Position numbers and translations under genes: made by a program
Part shown: piece after piece, positions 1 to 13,080 of the stretch
Position numbering within the stretch: position 1 is the first letter of the stretch
How the letters are laid out: each line of letters opens with the position of its first letter
The notes under the pieces: generated by a model
The model's database searches: none
Told to the model about the DNA's origin: nothing
What the model saw: only the letters and a program-made list of their open reading frames with translations
NCBI RefSeq assembly: GCF_006345805.1
Contig: NC_042998.1
Span: 98,642,001 to 98,706,000 of the forward strand
Reading direction: 5' to 3'
DNA: 64,000 nt
Origin: Octopus sinensis
Lineage: Eukaryota

Positions 1-2190
1 CATATTAAATTATACTGTTTCCACTAGCCTCATATTGGTACCAAGAAGCTGGAATTAAAGACAATTCCAGTAAACATATACATTAACTATAGCAAATGAG
101 AGTGCAGGTGCTAATTACTGACAAGTTATGAAAGTTGAGGTGATACCAAGCCAATTTGTAGAAGTCTATACTGTGTACAATTCTTCTTCTATATTGTTAA
201 AAGGGTCCCATTTAGAATGAGAATTAAAAAGAACTTAAACATTACTAGAAATATTGTACTGCATACAGTCTAATTCTATGGATGATAAATTCATAAATTT
301 AGAAAGCAGATGTTTCTTTTTATGAATGAATAATAGAAGTCTCAACAATTAAGATAACAATATAATAAACATTAACTTAGAATAAATTTGCTTTGTTATT
401 TACCATTATTTACCATTATTTACAATTTAAGATTTCCTTCATATTTTAAATCAAATGCAGTTTTGAGTAACGAATTCATCAGATACTTGGCTCAATTAAC
501 AAATCCTAATAACACAGGGGTCTTCAACCACTGTGCTACATAGAAAGACTAAATTTTAAAATGTTATTTCTGCTTTATTGAATATTACAGTCTGCTTTTA
601 CATTATATATGTATCATATATGTATTATATATGTAATAAATTAAATTGTATATTGTGCGCTTTTTTATGTTTTGTTCTGCATGTGATGCCCCAGTCTATG
701 GAAAAATTGTTTTGCATGAAACTGGACTGTGAAAAAAGGTTGGAGGCTACGACAATAGTGCAATAAATGCATGGTTCCCTTGTAACACAGATACTGTTAA
801 AGGTATGTATCTTGGGTTAGGGTTATGTCAAACAAAGCAAACTTGTGCAGTGCAACAGAGGTAGCTATGCTCTACATAGTCTGGTTTAAAAATGCTAGAA
901 CATCAAAGCAGACCACTTTCAGTTAAGAACTGGTCAAAGATGAAGTAGTTATCACTTTAAATAAACCTATATCTTAACCCACTATTAATATTTGTGAATT
1001 GACCCTTTTAACAATAAGTCAAATTTCAGTTATCTGAATTTTTATTGAACGTATTTCAAAGCTTAATGTTCTGTCATTTTCCTTTTTTATTTTGCAACCT
1101 GTTATAAATTTATGAATATATTTAGTTAATTACAATGTCAATCTCATAAAGATTTTATCTTCTTGATATGTTTTGAAAACAATGAAAGAAATAGTGCAAT
1201 TGTACACATGTGTTCATTACAATTGTTTTGAGTTACATGGATATAACATTTTAACTTTAAAAAATATTCAAATAAAAATGAATAAAATGTGACAACTAGT
1301 AATGGAATATACCTAATATTATTTATAAGACTTCAGAACATAGGAAGAAATTCTGTTCTTAGTTTTAATGATTTTAATGATTTTCTTTTAAAAGAGAACA
1401 CAATGGAAACTAAAAATATACTTTCTTGACTATCACTTAATTGTAAGTAAAAAGTTTCTTCTTTTGAATGAAGATTCTGGAGTGTGACACACCACAATAG
1501 TTTGGTACTACTGTTTAAATGCATATAGATTAAAAAAGAATATTTTGAACTTTGTTTTAAAACAATTTGGTAGCTGTCACTCCCAAGAAAACATGTAACT
1601 CTTTCAACTGAACAAGTGGTTTTGATCTAAGATTTTATGTTAGGACTAAAAAAGTTGCACCGTGGTAGAGAAAAGTGTAGTCATTAAAACATAGATGTGA
1701 TGTATTAAAATTATTTTATAATACCAGGGTATTACAATTATACAACTATATTCTTTACATTCTATAACCAATTTTAAAATTATTTTGCTTAAAATTTTGC
1801 TATTTTATTTTTATATATGAATTGCATGTTTCAGCAAAATTATAAATTTGATGAAATCTTGATAATGATAATGATTTTGTATGATGGCATGGGTTGGATA
1901 GATCTGCAATGCATCATAGTTTTTGCATACCAATCATACACAATATATAATTTGAATTAGTGTGAACTAAGACTATAAATTAATTTTTATTCTCTGATTT
2001 ATTTTGAATTTTGGGAGTGAAATTTTTTGATAAGTTTTTGGGAAACTTTGTATTTCACTTTTACAGCAAATCTAATGTAGTCTTCCTAACTGAAACAATA
2101 GAATTATTATTATTGCTATTAATTCTATTATTTTTTATCATTGTTAAAATTATTATTAGTGTTGTTATTAATGTTAATGATGATGATGAT

Positions 2191-2323
2191 CATCATCATC
2201 GTTTAGCGTCCGCTTTCCATGCTAGCATGGGTTGGATGGTTCAACTGGGGTCTGGGAAGCCAGAAGGCTGCACCAGGCCCAGTCTGAACTGGCAATGTTT
2301 CTATGGCTGGATGCCCTTCCTAA
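2191..2323 (-). mobile_element. Short repeat ending in CCAACCCATGCTAGCATGGAAAGCGGACGCTAAACGATGATG (RTE-type tail, inferred)
   Basis: The same tail recurs at about 5160-5190, 8356-8397, 8456-8510, 19270-19312, 34870-34917 and 54720-54770. Confidence 0.65.
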
Positions 2324-2621
2324 TTGTTGTTATTACTGAATGTTTTCTTTGCATAACCAAACAAATGTATATTTTCAATGTATACAATTATCTTCAAATT
2401 ATACTGTCTATAATCTACATTCATTATTAACATCATCATCAATATATTGCTGTATGTGGCTGTTAGGTGTATAATACATACAATAATGTGAATTCATCAA
2501 ATTTTCTAAATGTGAGTCATGTACTGAGTGTCTGTGTGATATTAAAGAAAAGTTTAGCCCCTATTTTTTTTACTAGACATATGCATTAGGGACAATATTT
2601 AAAAGCTATGAGCTTACTCAC

Positions 2622-2645
2622 CGAGAGCTGAAGTCAAAGATATGA
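2622..2645 (-). CDS. unc-80: Candidate 24-nt microexon of unc-80 (V-ISLTSAL), phase 1 to 1
   Basis: Acceptor tttttattcctctttcag, donor CG|gtgagt; 24 nt, open in the frame left by the 5447-5633 exon. Confidence 0.7.
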
Positions 2646-5446
2646 CTGAAAGAGGAATAAAAACATTGTACCACCCAACAAACAAAGATAAAAGAATCAG
2701 AATATTTACAATCCTGTTGACATTCTTCAGTTGGTGGATATATAAACATACTCAGTTATATATAAAGTCGATAAAAGAAATAAATGAATTAATATCAAAC
2801 CTAATTGCTCAGTATTAATTTGAAGGTAGAGAATTGTTTTTATAAAATTTGAAAGCAATACTCTATACAATAAAACCCTGAGACCATGAATTTTTGTACA
2901 TTTTTGTCCCCTTTAGGTGTTTGTGCAAAAATCTGTCAACATAAAAATTTTGGAGTTGAAGGTTCAATAGTTTAAACAAAAATTTATAATTTTATTATTC
3001 AATCAAAAATCAAAATTAATTGAAAAGTTATTTCATCAATTTAGTAACAAATATAAAATCAAGTTATATAAAAATTTATTAATTACTCTGGTCTTGTATT
3101 TGTGTGAGAAATCATTGTTTTTATATATGATGTTTATATATTGTAATAAATATTAATAAATTGTATTGTAGTAATTAATAACTATTCCAAGAATATTTAG
3201 TAATGAAAAGCAGAAAGAAAAACATTAAAAAAATGAAATGTTATACAAGTTATCAATTATTCAAACAAGATATAAATATATAAATATATATATACAGAAC
3301 TAATATGAATGCATTGTTTTTAGTAATCCCACAATATAATGCATACATCACATTAAGATGCATCAAACAAGGCAACAAACAGTATAAGCATTTACAACAA
3401 CATGGTTAGATAAATGTTATGTTGAAACAAACAATAAAAAAAAGTTCCTGAGAAACATAGCATTCAAATTATTATTGAAAATATACATTTAAAAAAAATA
3501 CTAAAACTTACCACAAATTTCTCAATTATCAAAACATAAAATAAAATCTGATCCAAGCAGCTTAAATAATTATTTTGATCATTATCATCATATTTGATAC
3601 TTTATTTTCCATACAGGAATGTGAGATGTGAGATGAGCTTCTTCAGCCAACAACCTCCAAGTTTCTTTTCACCAACACTGATATATCAGCTCTATTTACT
3701 TGATTCTGCCAATTTAATGATCTACTTCTGCATTATCTGCCATTGATCACCAACAAGGGCCAATTAGTGGAGAGTGCTAGCCATTTGCTAGGAGATCCAG
3801 GGTCAGTTAATATACAGTTACCACATTTCTTCTATATTTTATGATTTTATGATTATCATACATTTGTGTGTGTCTACATGTGTGTGTGTAAGCTGAACTC
3901 CAGTCATCTATGCAAATGTTGAAAATAAATTCAAAATCAAAAGTAAACATAGAAAAATTTAGTGCTCATATGACTGTCCACAAAATCTCTTTCCTCTTCA
4001 TCTTAAGTTCTAAGGGCATCATATAAAGTTTGAGACTTCATTATTTTGAAACTCATGTTTGCTGATGATAGTTTTGATTTATAGAATCTATTCAAAATAA
4101 ATTCAATAAAATTCAAAACACTGGAAGGCTTAGAGATCTAACATGGTGAAGATAAAGTAATTAGCGAATGAAAGAGTCCAATATCATGGGTAACGAGACT
4201 CTGCTCCACAAAGAAACGGTAGAACTTCTGGTAAGCTAAGTAGCAAACAGAATTTTAGATGAACAAGAGTATGAATCGGAATGAGCATCTACAAACTGAA
4301 GACCAACAAGTTCTTTGATAGCTTACTGGAAGAAGTAAAATTGTGTTACCTACATCACATCATTAGTGTTGAAGGTAGATTAAAAAAATATTTTCATCTG
4401 TACAGATTACCTCTTATTCAGCTAAGTATTTCATAACTGAGCACAGTCTTTTACAACCCTCTTTGGTACTTTGCACATACATCTTCTGCACACTTTAAGC
4501 GTACTATCATATGCACATTGCATTTCTATTTTGAAAGCCCTGTGTCAAATAGCCTATTGCTCACAATTGAAAATAACAAAAGGAGAAAAAGAAAACTATG
4601 AGGTTGAAAACTGAGATGTGTAAAATGTGTGTTACTGTATGTCAGTGAAAAACAGCAGTAATTTCAGAGAAGGTGTAACAAATGAATAGAGATTTGATGA
4701 TGATAGTCCACTAGGTATATGATTTTTACTTTTATGATATGTAGTATCAATTTATGATAACTAATATTACTTTATTAAATAAGTAGAGTACAAATATATT
4801 TTCTTATGTTTATAGGAGAGAATTATTAAGGTGGTATGATGATCTTGTTTAATCCATGTCAGTCCTGAATAGGTAAAAATATTTTTACCATAACAGCTCT
4901 ATCTCTTCAGGAATAAAGCTTGGACAACATTATTCAATGTGCCCTTTGCAAATTCAATGTGCTATGGTGCACTTTGAGTGAAATTTGACTGTAATTTAAA
5001 TTGGGAATAAATAAAGGGTGTAAAAGATCAAAAAGATCCAATGGCAGATAAATGAAGTCAGACAAATGAAGAAGCAGTTAAGTCACACCTAAGAATGTTG
5101 AGCTTTACAAATGAAATAGCACAAGCTTGAAATGCATGGAGAGATGTTGAAGAGGAAAACCATCCAACCAGCATCACTATGGAAAAATAACTGTTAAACA
5201 GTAATAATATTCATTTCAAAAATTTTCAAAATTTCTTTAAACATCTCCTGAGCTACTACCAGATTTTCCTTATTAACAGCTTCCAAATCAATCAAATATA
5301 TTGATACAGCATAACTAAAAGGCTGAAATAATAAAGCAATCTTTGTGTATGGTTAAATTCTCAAATTTACCATTGAAAATACATACATAAAAAAAAATGA
5401 AAAAATATTTGTATACAGTATACAAAATAAAGGGGTTCGAGGTTAC

Positions 5447-5633
5447 CTTCTTCATGGTCTTCACTAACATGATGAAGGGCAGGTTCATAAGCGGCAAGTT
5501 GCAATACTGGAGTAGTGGTCAGTGGGAAATTTTCACGGCCAATTCTCTTGCGTTCTTCTTCAGCACGCAGCGCACGCAGAATCATTTCTTGCTGTTGTTT
5601 GCGACGAGTGGTTGTTGCAGTTACTAAAGTTTT
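5447..5633 (-). CDS. unc-80: unc-80 exon, 187 nt (KTLVTATTTRRKQQQEMILRAL...HHVSEDHEE), phase 0 to 1
   Basis: Acceptor atattcag, donor AAG|gtaacc. Confidence 0.92.
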
Positions 5634-6399
5634 CTGAATATATCAGATTAACAAGAAACAGATATTTATGTTAATGATATTGGAGGAAATCTCAGGGAAT
5701 AATTCACTGGAATATGTTATATATATATATAAATACTAAAATACCAATCTTTCACATTACATACTTCAAATATTCCTAAGGTTGTAGTTTAGTTGAGATC
5801 ACTTTTGATTCAGCAGATCTGTGTCTTTTGGGGAGACTCAGTGTACAAGGATCACAATAATCAGTGTGTCTTTTCTCTTATGAGAGGTTCATATTTGAGT
5901 GAGATTTAGCTGCTATTTCTTGCTGACTGAGTGACCATTTAGAGGCACTTTTGATTCTGCTTTTGTTGTTGCTGTTGTTTCCACTGTTTTGCTGGAACCA
6001 ATTAAACTTGTTTACTTGATTTTATGCTTTGGTAAGAGCCTTGTTAATAATTATATTTTGGTGTGAGCTAAACTTGTTACTTAGCTGGGTATTTTTTAAA
6101 CTATGATAATAATTGTATTTTCATAATGTCTGCAATGATCTTTTAATTTTGTTAATCTTTACGTACAACTAGCAATTTTTTAATGTATTAGATATGTTCA
6201 GAAAGAAATCAGAATAATAAAATTAGTGCACCGACCAGTCAGCCAATGCAGTGTGCTCATGAAGGTAGTGTTGTGTAAGGATAATCTTGACCTTAGATGG
6301 GATAATGGCCACAACATGGCTATTATCACATCTTCATTGATCTACACATGCTAAAGTGAAGCTACGTTTAGTATTATCAATTTGTCACAAGTGGAATAA

Positions 6400-7250
6400 T
6401 GAATCATGTTTTGAAGTGGTAAAAATTTTTAAGGGGACTTTTCTAATGTGGCAACAAACCTCTATGGAGAATCTTTTGTCTGCCAACATACAGTAATCAC
6501 ATTTCAAAAGTGTATGCAGTAATCAGTGAAAATCATTGCTTGTCCATGAAACTGCTGAAGAAGTAAGCATCTGTAAAAATTTGTGTCACATGATTTTTAC
6601 AAAAAAATTGCAAAGGTGTTGTGTTACCACAAAATTTGTCATATCTGCTTGTAGGTGAACAAAAAGAGAACTGAGTCATGATCAGAGTCTGTTTGTTTGT
6701 TCAATTACTGGTGAAAATTTCTGAAAATGTAGGAGGTGATGAAACATGGATGTACAACTACGATGTCAAAACAGAAAGGCAGTCATTGCAGTAGGTTAGA
6801 TTATTGCTGCTGCAATGTAAAAATACATGTCACAGTTTCTTAAATGTCAAGGTGATGTTGACTCTCTGTTTTGATTGACAGAGCAAATTAACTCATAAAT
6901 TTGCTCCATGTGGTCAGGCAATCAATAAAAAGATATAGTTGAATGTCCTGAAGCATTTGAGGGAGGCAGTATGAAAGAAGAGGCTTAGACAAAGAAAATC
7001 TAGATATTTCATCATAGGAATGCATTTGCTCAAATGTTATACCTTATCTATGACTATTTTTGTCTCCAAATCCACTATGAAAGGTTGCCACTTTTACACA
7101 AAGAGATTGAAGAAAATTCACCATAAGATCTGCACATTATTTGAGAAAAAGCTTTTCAGGACATATTCCAAAACTGGTAAGAACTTTGGGAGTATTGTAG
7201 CAAGAGTGGAGGGTTCTATTTTAAAGGGGGACGATTTTGATTAAATTGTA
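6400..7250 (+). mobile_element. Decayed mariner-type DNA transposon
   Basis: Broken frames give GDETW.Y.YD, KVML..FD and a C-terminal ...GSYF.GD-like segment typical of mariner transposases. Confidence 0.7.
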
Positions 7251-7686
7251 AGTCAAGCCAGAAATTTTCAGTAGAGACTTTGTATAAATGATTAGGAACT
7301 GCCTAACTACTTTCATTTATATATTCAATGTCAAATTCGTTTGAATGAGGAACATTTTAATCTTAAGAATTAAATGCATTTAATCATTGAGAATAAATTT
7401 CCAGTATTATTTTGCTATTGACAAATATCTCGAAACAATAATTAAAAAAATATTTTAAGTTCTAAAGAAGTAAGCCTTTCCTCCTAGCATATATTTCTTT
7501 AGCAATTTGGTAGCATTTTTCTCCAATTCAGTTACACAGTTATGTTAATAATTGTTAGATAAAGTTTCTAAAGGATCTCATAACTTTGGGCCTCTCCAAC
7601 TCTACATTTCACCCTTTTACAATGATTGTCAACATTAAAAAAAAAAAATAAGTAACATAAAAACAGACAAAAAACATAATACATAC

Positions 7687-7821
7687 TGTTTCTTCTTGAT
7701 TTAATGTAACTTCCTCAATCTTTGCTTTAAAAAGTGGTTTCCATGGAGGATCTATAACAGTTTGACTAGGTAATCCAATTGTTGGTGAAGGCAAAGTAAA
7801 GTCGATATTTGGTGGAGGGAC
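7687..7821 (-). CDS. unc-80: unc-80 exon, 135 nt (VPPPNIDFTLPSPTIGLPSQTVIDPPWKP...NQEET), phase 0 to 0
   Basis: Acceptor ctcattatttgctag, donor ACA|gtatgt. Confidence 0.94.
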
Positions 7822-8397
7822 CTAGCAAATAATGAGAAATATACACATATAACACCTAAGTAAATATATGTATGTGTATATATACATCAACACAATCATA
7901 ATTTTTAACACTGGTTTCTTCAAACTGGCATGGATAAATATAAATGTGTTATGCATACAACAAATAAATCAATTTTATTAGAATACACACATACATGCAC
8001 ATACATTAACACACTCACCCACACAGATACATATGTGTATGTGCATATCTATGTAATTTAATTTTAATAAGAATGTAAGTTTACATTATATAATGTATAA
8101 TATGTATAATTAACCATGGGATGAAGTAGTGAAGGTTGATTTCAAAATGTTGAGCCTCATGGAGGAGATGACAAAGAATTGAGATGATAAGCAATTTGCT
8201 GCTACTTGTCATCACCTCCTTCCTGAGCCATTTTTTCTCTCTCTCACCTTTCTACTTTTTACTGATAATTACCATTAACCACACTTTCACCCTTGTTTTT
8301 CATCTACTGCTAAAGCTCAATGCTGTCCTGCAGCTTGTCGGATCCTATCAAACAATCTAACCCATGACAACATGGAAAATAGTTGTTAAATGATGAT

Positions 8398-8449
<52 letters not shown>

Positions 8450-8947
8450 ATATATATCATCATCATCATCATCGTTTAGCATCCCTTTCCATGCTATCAT
8501 GGGTTGGACGGTATTATATATATATATATATATATATAGATAGATAGATAGATATGTACATATACAGATTGAACACAGTTAAGTAATATACCTTGTCTAA
8601 AGCTACAATGCAATATGCATTCATATTTGAATTCATAATCACAGGACTCCACCCAATCACTTAATGATAAAAATGTTTTCACAGTTTCATAGTTTTGAGA
8701 ATGCAAGATGCTACAAATCTCTAAGTAGATAAGATAACTTTCCCAGCTGTCCTGACAATCAGAATTAAGTATAGTATGCAGAGACATAATAATAATGTAC
8801 TTAAAATGAATCAGAGCTCAGAACTTTTGATTTGGTTGCCCAATACTTTCTCTATTAAGTCATTTCCACATACATTTCATAAAACACAAACATAATTCAA
8901 AGTAATAACTGCTGTGTGCAACTATTACCATGGGTTCATTAATTTAC

Positions 8948-9020
8948 CTTAAAGATATTGTTTGCACCTTCTTCCATGCGAGGCCATACTTGGTAGCGAA
9001 ATTGCCAAAGTGTACCAAAT
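8948..9020 (-). CDS. unc-80: unc-80 exon, 73 nt (FGTLWQFRYQVWPRMEEGANNIFK), phase 2 to 0
   Basis: Acceptor cttgtttcag, donor AAG|gtaaat; highly conserved UNC80 peptide. Confidence 0.95.
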
Positions 9021-9030
9021 CTGAAACAAG

Positions 9031-9117
<87 letters not shown>

Positions 9118-9293
9118 TTTAATTTTGGTACAAGGCCAACAATTTTAAAGGGAAAGAAGTAATTCAATTACAACCCCAGTATTTAAATTGTACTTTATTT
9201 TATCAATCCTGTAAGGAGGAAAGGCAAAGTTGACTTTGACAGGATTTGAGCTCGGAACATATAGAACAAGAAGAAATATCACTAAGCATTTAC

Positions 9294-9339
<46 letters not shown>

Positions 9340-9650
9340 TTCTTTTTACTATAGGCACAAGGCCTGAAATTTGGGGGAGGGGTAAGTCGATCACATCGAC
9401 CACAGTACTCAGTTGGTACTTACATTACCGACCCAGAAAGGATGAAAGGCAAAGTCGACCTCAGTGGAATTTGAACTCAGAACATGAAGATGGACAAAAT
9501 ACTGCCAAGCATCTAACCAAGCATGCTAATTATTCTGCTAGCTTGCCACCTTAATAATCATAACCATAATCATAATGATAATAATAATGATTGTTTCCAC
9601 TATAGTCACAAGGTCTGAAATTTGAGGGAGGTGACTAGGTGATTAAATTG
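9118..9650 (-). mobile_element. Two full and one partial family A SINE copies separated by (AAT)n
   Basis: Reverse complement of the family A consensus at about 9118-9292, 9340-9553 and 9595-9650. Confidence 0.75.
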
Positions 9651-9669
9651 AGAAGAAGAGACCCACTTT

Positions 9670-10020
9670 GGTCATGAATGACTAAGGGATTGCACCTAGA
9701 AAGTTACCCTCTGAAGCATAAGTCCGGGCAAGGTTGTTTATGGAAGATCAGCAGTCACCCATGCATACCAGTCTCCCCTCTCCATGCCACCAATGTTATC
9801 CAAGGGAAAAGCAAAGGTGGATACAGCTTGGCACCAGTGATGTCACAACTCATTTCTACAGCTGAGTAAACTGGAGCAACATGAAATAAAGTGTCTTGCT
9901 CAAGAGCACAACCCACAAACCCAACACTTTAACCACTGAGCCACAAGCCTTCACAACCTTGCCCAGGCTTGTGCTTCAAAGGGTAACATTGTAGGTGCAA
10001 TCCCATGGTCATTCATGACC
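9670..10020. repeat. 68-bp inverted repeat pair enclosing a SINE-like segment
   Basis: 9670-9737 versus the reverse complement of 9953-10020, about 8 mismatches. Confidence 0.8.
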
Positions 10021-10302
10021 GAAGAGGATCTTTACCTTTTATCTTTAGTATTTGAGCAGAATTTTATTATATTGATCACATAAGGATGCAAAATTGACTG
10101 CAATGGGATACAAATGCAGGATGGATAGCTAAATGAACTGAGAAAATAAAAAGCCATAACAGAATACTGCAAGCAGTTCTACAAGAATGGTTTTTAACTT
10201 TAACATAAGGCTATAAATTTGTTGGTTTAAGGTGCAGAGTTGGTTAAATTTATCTCAGTTTGTTACGGATAAGTATTTTATTGACCTTGGAATTCAAAAT
10301 TA

Positions 10303-10700
10303 GGTTTGGTTGTGTAGTTAAAAATCATGCTTTGGAACTATGTGGTTTTGAGTTCAGTCCTATTACACAGCACCTTGGGCAAGTTCTGCTATAGCCCTGC
10401 ATGGAACTATAACTTGTGAGTAAATTTAGTAGACAGAAACTGTGTGGAAGCCTCTGTGAGTGTGCGTGCATGTATCTGTCTTTCTGTTCTTTATCCCATT
10501 CCTTCCACTTGATGACCAGTGTTGGCTTGTTTACATCTCCATAACTTAGTGGCTCAGCAAAAATAAAAAAAGGATCAACAGAACAAGTATCAGACTTAGA
10601 AAAAAAGTACTGAGGTCAATTTGTTTGACAAAACCTTTTACTGTGGTGCTCCAGCATGGCCACAGTCCTATGACTGAAACAATCAAAAGATAAAAAAATG
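10303..10700 (+). mobile_element. Family B SINE, diverged
   Basis: Colinear with 13629-14050. Confidence 0.7.
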
Positions 10701-10744
10701 ATAAATAAATAAATAAATAACAAATAAACAGATCAATTTCAAAC

Positions 10745-10853
10745 CTTAGAATGGAATTAATTCGATGGTTAACATCTTCATGCTGCATTTCTCTTACAAG
10801 CATGGCTTGTGCTTTATCTGGGGCCTTCACAGAAGTTAGCAGGAACACAGTAG
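10745..10853 (-). CDS. unc-80: unc-80 exon, 109 nt (TVFLLTSVKAPDKAQAML...RINSILR), phase 1 to 2
   Basis: Acceptor ctccattcttag, donor AAG|gtttga. Confidence 0.92.
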
Positions 10854-11049
10854 CTAAGAATGGAGTAGTAAATGTTAGTTGATTAGTTTGTTGTATGATG
10901 ATAATTTATATTATTAAGACATATACTGAGTTGTGTTAAAAGTTAGTGTATTTTTTAGAAAAAGGAAATTAGTTGATGATGATACAAATGTAAGGATATG
11001 AATAGAGCAATGAATAAGTTACAATTGTAAACATGGAATATTCCATATA

Positions 11050-11480
11050 TATATATATATATATATAGGCTATGAGAGGTGATGGTGACAAGAAGGTGTC
11101 AGGTAATGCTGAGTAAGTGCTATGGACAGACTATAGTTAAGCTCCAGGTCTGGTGATTATGTGAATGAAGAGTCCAACGTAGGTCGTATATCATCATGTG
11201 TATATATAAAAAAATTAACAGAATGAGATAAAAAAATCCAAGGCTGTAAAGATTTCAGAACATTTATAAATAGATCTTACAGCTGTTTCTGGGATATTTT
11301 ATATATCCCTTCATTGGAGACGGTATGAGAAGATGGTTAAGCAATAGTTATTCTAGATAAGATATGAAATAGAGAGTGAAGTGGAGGAATGAAAACAGAT
11401 GTGAGACATGCAGGGATATTGTAAATAATGGAACTAAAGATACAATATTTTGGATTTAAAAAATACACAGCTGAAATGAA
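11050..11480 (-). mobile_element. Probable Penelope-like remnant with a decayed hammerhead-like motif at 11274-11321
   Basis: Minus strand reads GTCT-CCAATGA-A-GGGATAT-ATAAA-ATATCCC-A-GAA-ACAGCTGT-A-AGAT. The element boundaries are a guess. Confidence 0.4.
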
Positions 11481-11825
11481 AAGTAAAAATTTGAGTTTAT
11501 TTTAAAGTATAAGCGCAGATATTTGCACATGGTTGTACAAATTTGTTTCATGGGGGTATGTATAAATATTTGTGACTATGTTTCTTTAAATATTGTGCTG
11601 AGGATGGGAAATAAGCTATTTTACTGCTTTAGTCTTGAAATTGGACCAATACACAATTTATTGTGGAGTTTATTTTGTATTTTTCATTTGCCCGTCTACA
11701 ACCCATATTTTTGCAGTTGCTAAAGGTGGTTTATAACGTTTTTTGGCATATTCTTACAACATGTTGGAGCAGGGTTTTTTCCTGTTTCCTAATATAATTA
11801 TATAATGTTATTATATATAATTGTT

Positions 11826-11886
<61 letters not shown>

Positions 11887-11899
11887 TGTGTGGCTCCTT

Positions 11900-12300
11900 T
11901 GGAAAGTGTCTTGTGAGAAGGTCTGGTAGGTGGAAATCAAAATGGAATGTACTGATCCTGGAATAGATTGAGAAGGTTTGGGGAAATATCATGGAAGATC
12001 ATCATGTAACAATCCAGGAAATTGCTCAAGAAGTGAGAATAAGCACAGGCTCAACATATTCCATTGTAATAGAGGATTTGTGCATTCAGAGGGTGTCGGC
12101 AAAATTCGTCCCCAAGGTGCTGGCAGAGCAGCAAAAGAAACTGCATGGAAGTCACTCAGAACATCGTGGACAGTGCAAACCATGGCTGAGACATCATGAA
12201 AACCATCATCAATGATGATGAGACATGGGTCTATGCTCAATGTGTTCAGTCATCTTGCATGAAAACAAAAATTCGATGAGTGCAGACTATATGTCTGTAC
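11900..12300 (+). mobile_element. Mariner transposase fragment
   Basis: ORF 11991-12215 (EDHHVTIQEIAQEV.IS.GS...RVSAKFVPKVL) followed by a DETWVY-like segment. Confidence 0.75.
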
Positions 12301-12808
12301 TCTCAACATAATAGCTGAGAACTGATATGGCCCACCAGTGTGAAGATTTTCAAGCATGCACAGGAAGGATGGAATCACTTCCCATTTAAAATATTTTGCC
12401 TATGTGATATTAGTTTTGGTGGGAAAAAAATAAAAATCAGACACTTTTTTAACTGCTCCTCATATATTAATTTAACCCATGCTAATATGAAATAAAATGG
12501 ATACATGCATGTGTGTGTGTGTGAGATCGTTTCTGACTGGATAGAATGAACTCAGAATATTAAATGTTACCAGCTTTAACTTAACCATGTTTTGGATCAA
12601 TTTATTTAGACTAATGTTTTGCTGTTTTCATTAAAGTCTAAGGTGTATATGGAAAGTAAGTTTCAAGTTGAATTTGAGTAACATATAAGATAGTTAAGTG
12701 CTAGGGTGTCAACAAGAGCCAGTCTGTTTTTTTTAAATATTTTTCATGTAAAAAGCAAGGATGGCATTTTTCATATACTGACTTAACAAGAAAATATGTC
12801 TGTCTTAC

Positions 12809-12947
12809 CTGCAGAAGCAGCCAATTCCTGATCACTTTCCAAAATGAGTTCCCATGCTACGGGCATCATATCAACAAAAGTATTTTCAGATAATATAGGT
12901 GCTGCCTTAGTCACAACTGCCATTGGGGACTGGGTAAGATTATGTGC
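12809..12947 (-). CDS. unc-80: unc-80 exon, 139 nt (AHNLTQSPMAVVTKAAPIL...AWELILESDQELAASA), phase 0 to 1
   Basis: Acceptor ttatttccttaag, donor CAG|gtaaga. Confidence 0.93.
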
Positions 12948-13080
12948 CTTAAGGAAATAAAAGTATACATAAAGATAGGGAATTAGAATATGCTGAAGCT
13001 GATTTTTTTTTTATATGATACATCTTTAATCTGTTGTTCTTTAAAACATCAAAAATTTAAGTCAATATGTCATCATAACT

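Noticed and set aside
3610-3810. Higher-GC block between exon 5447 and the microexon, tested as an exon
   Set aside because: Stops in all three minus-strand frames and no matching splice sites; probably an old repeat fragment.
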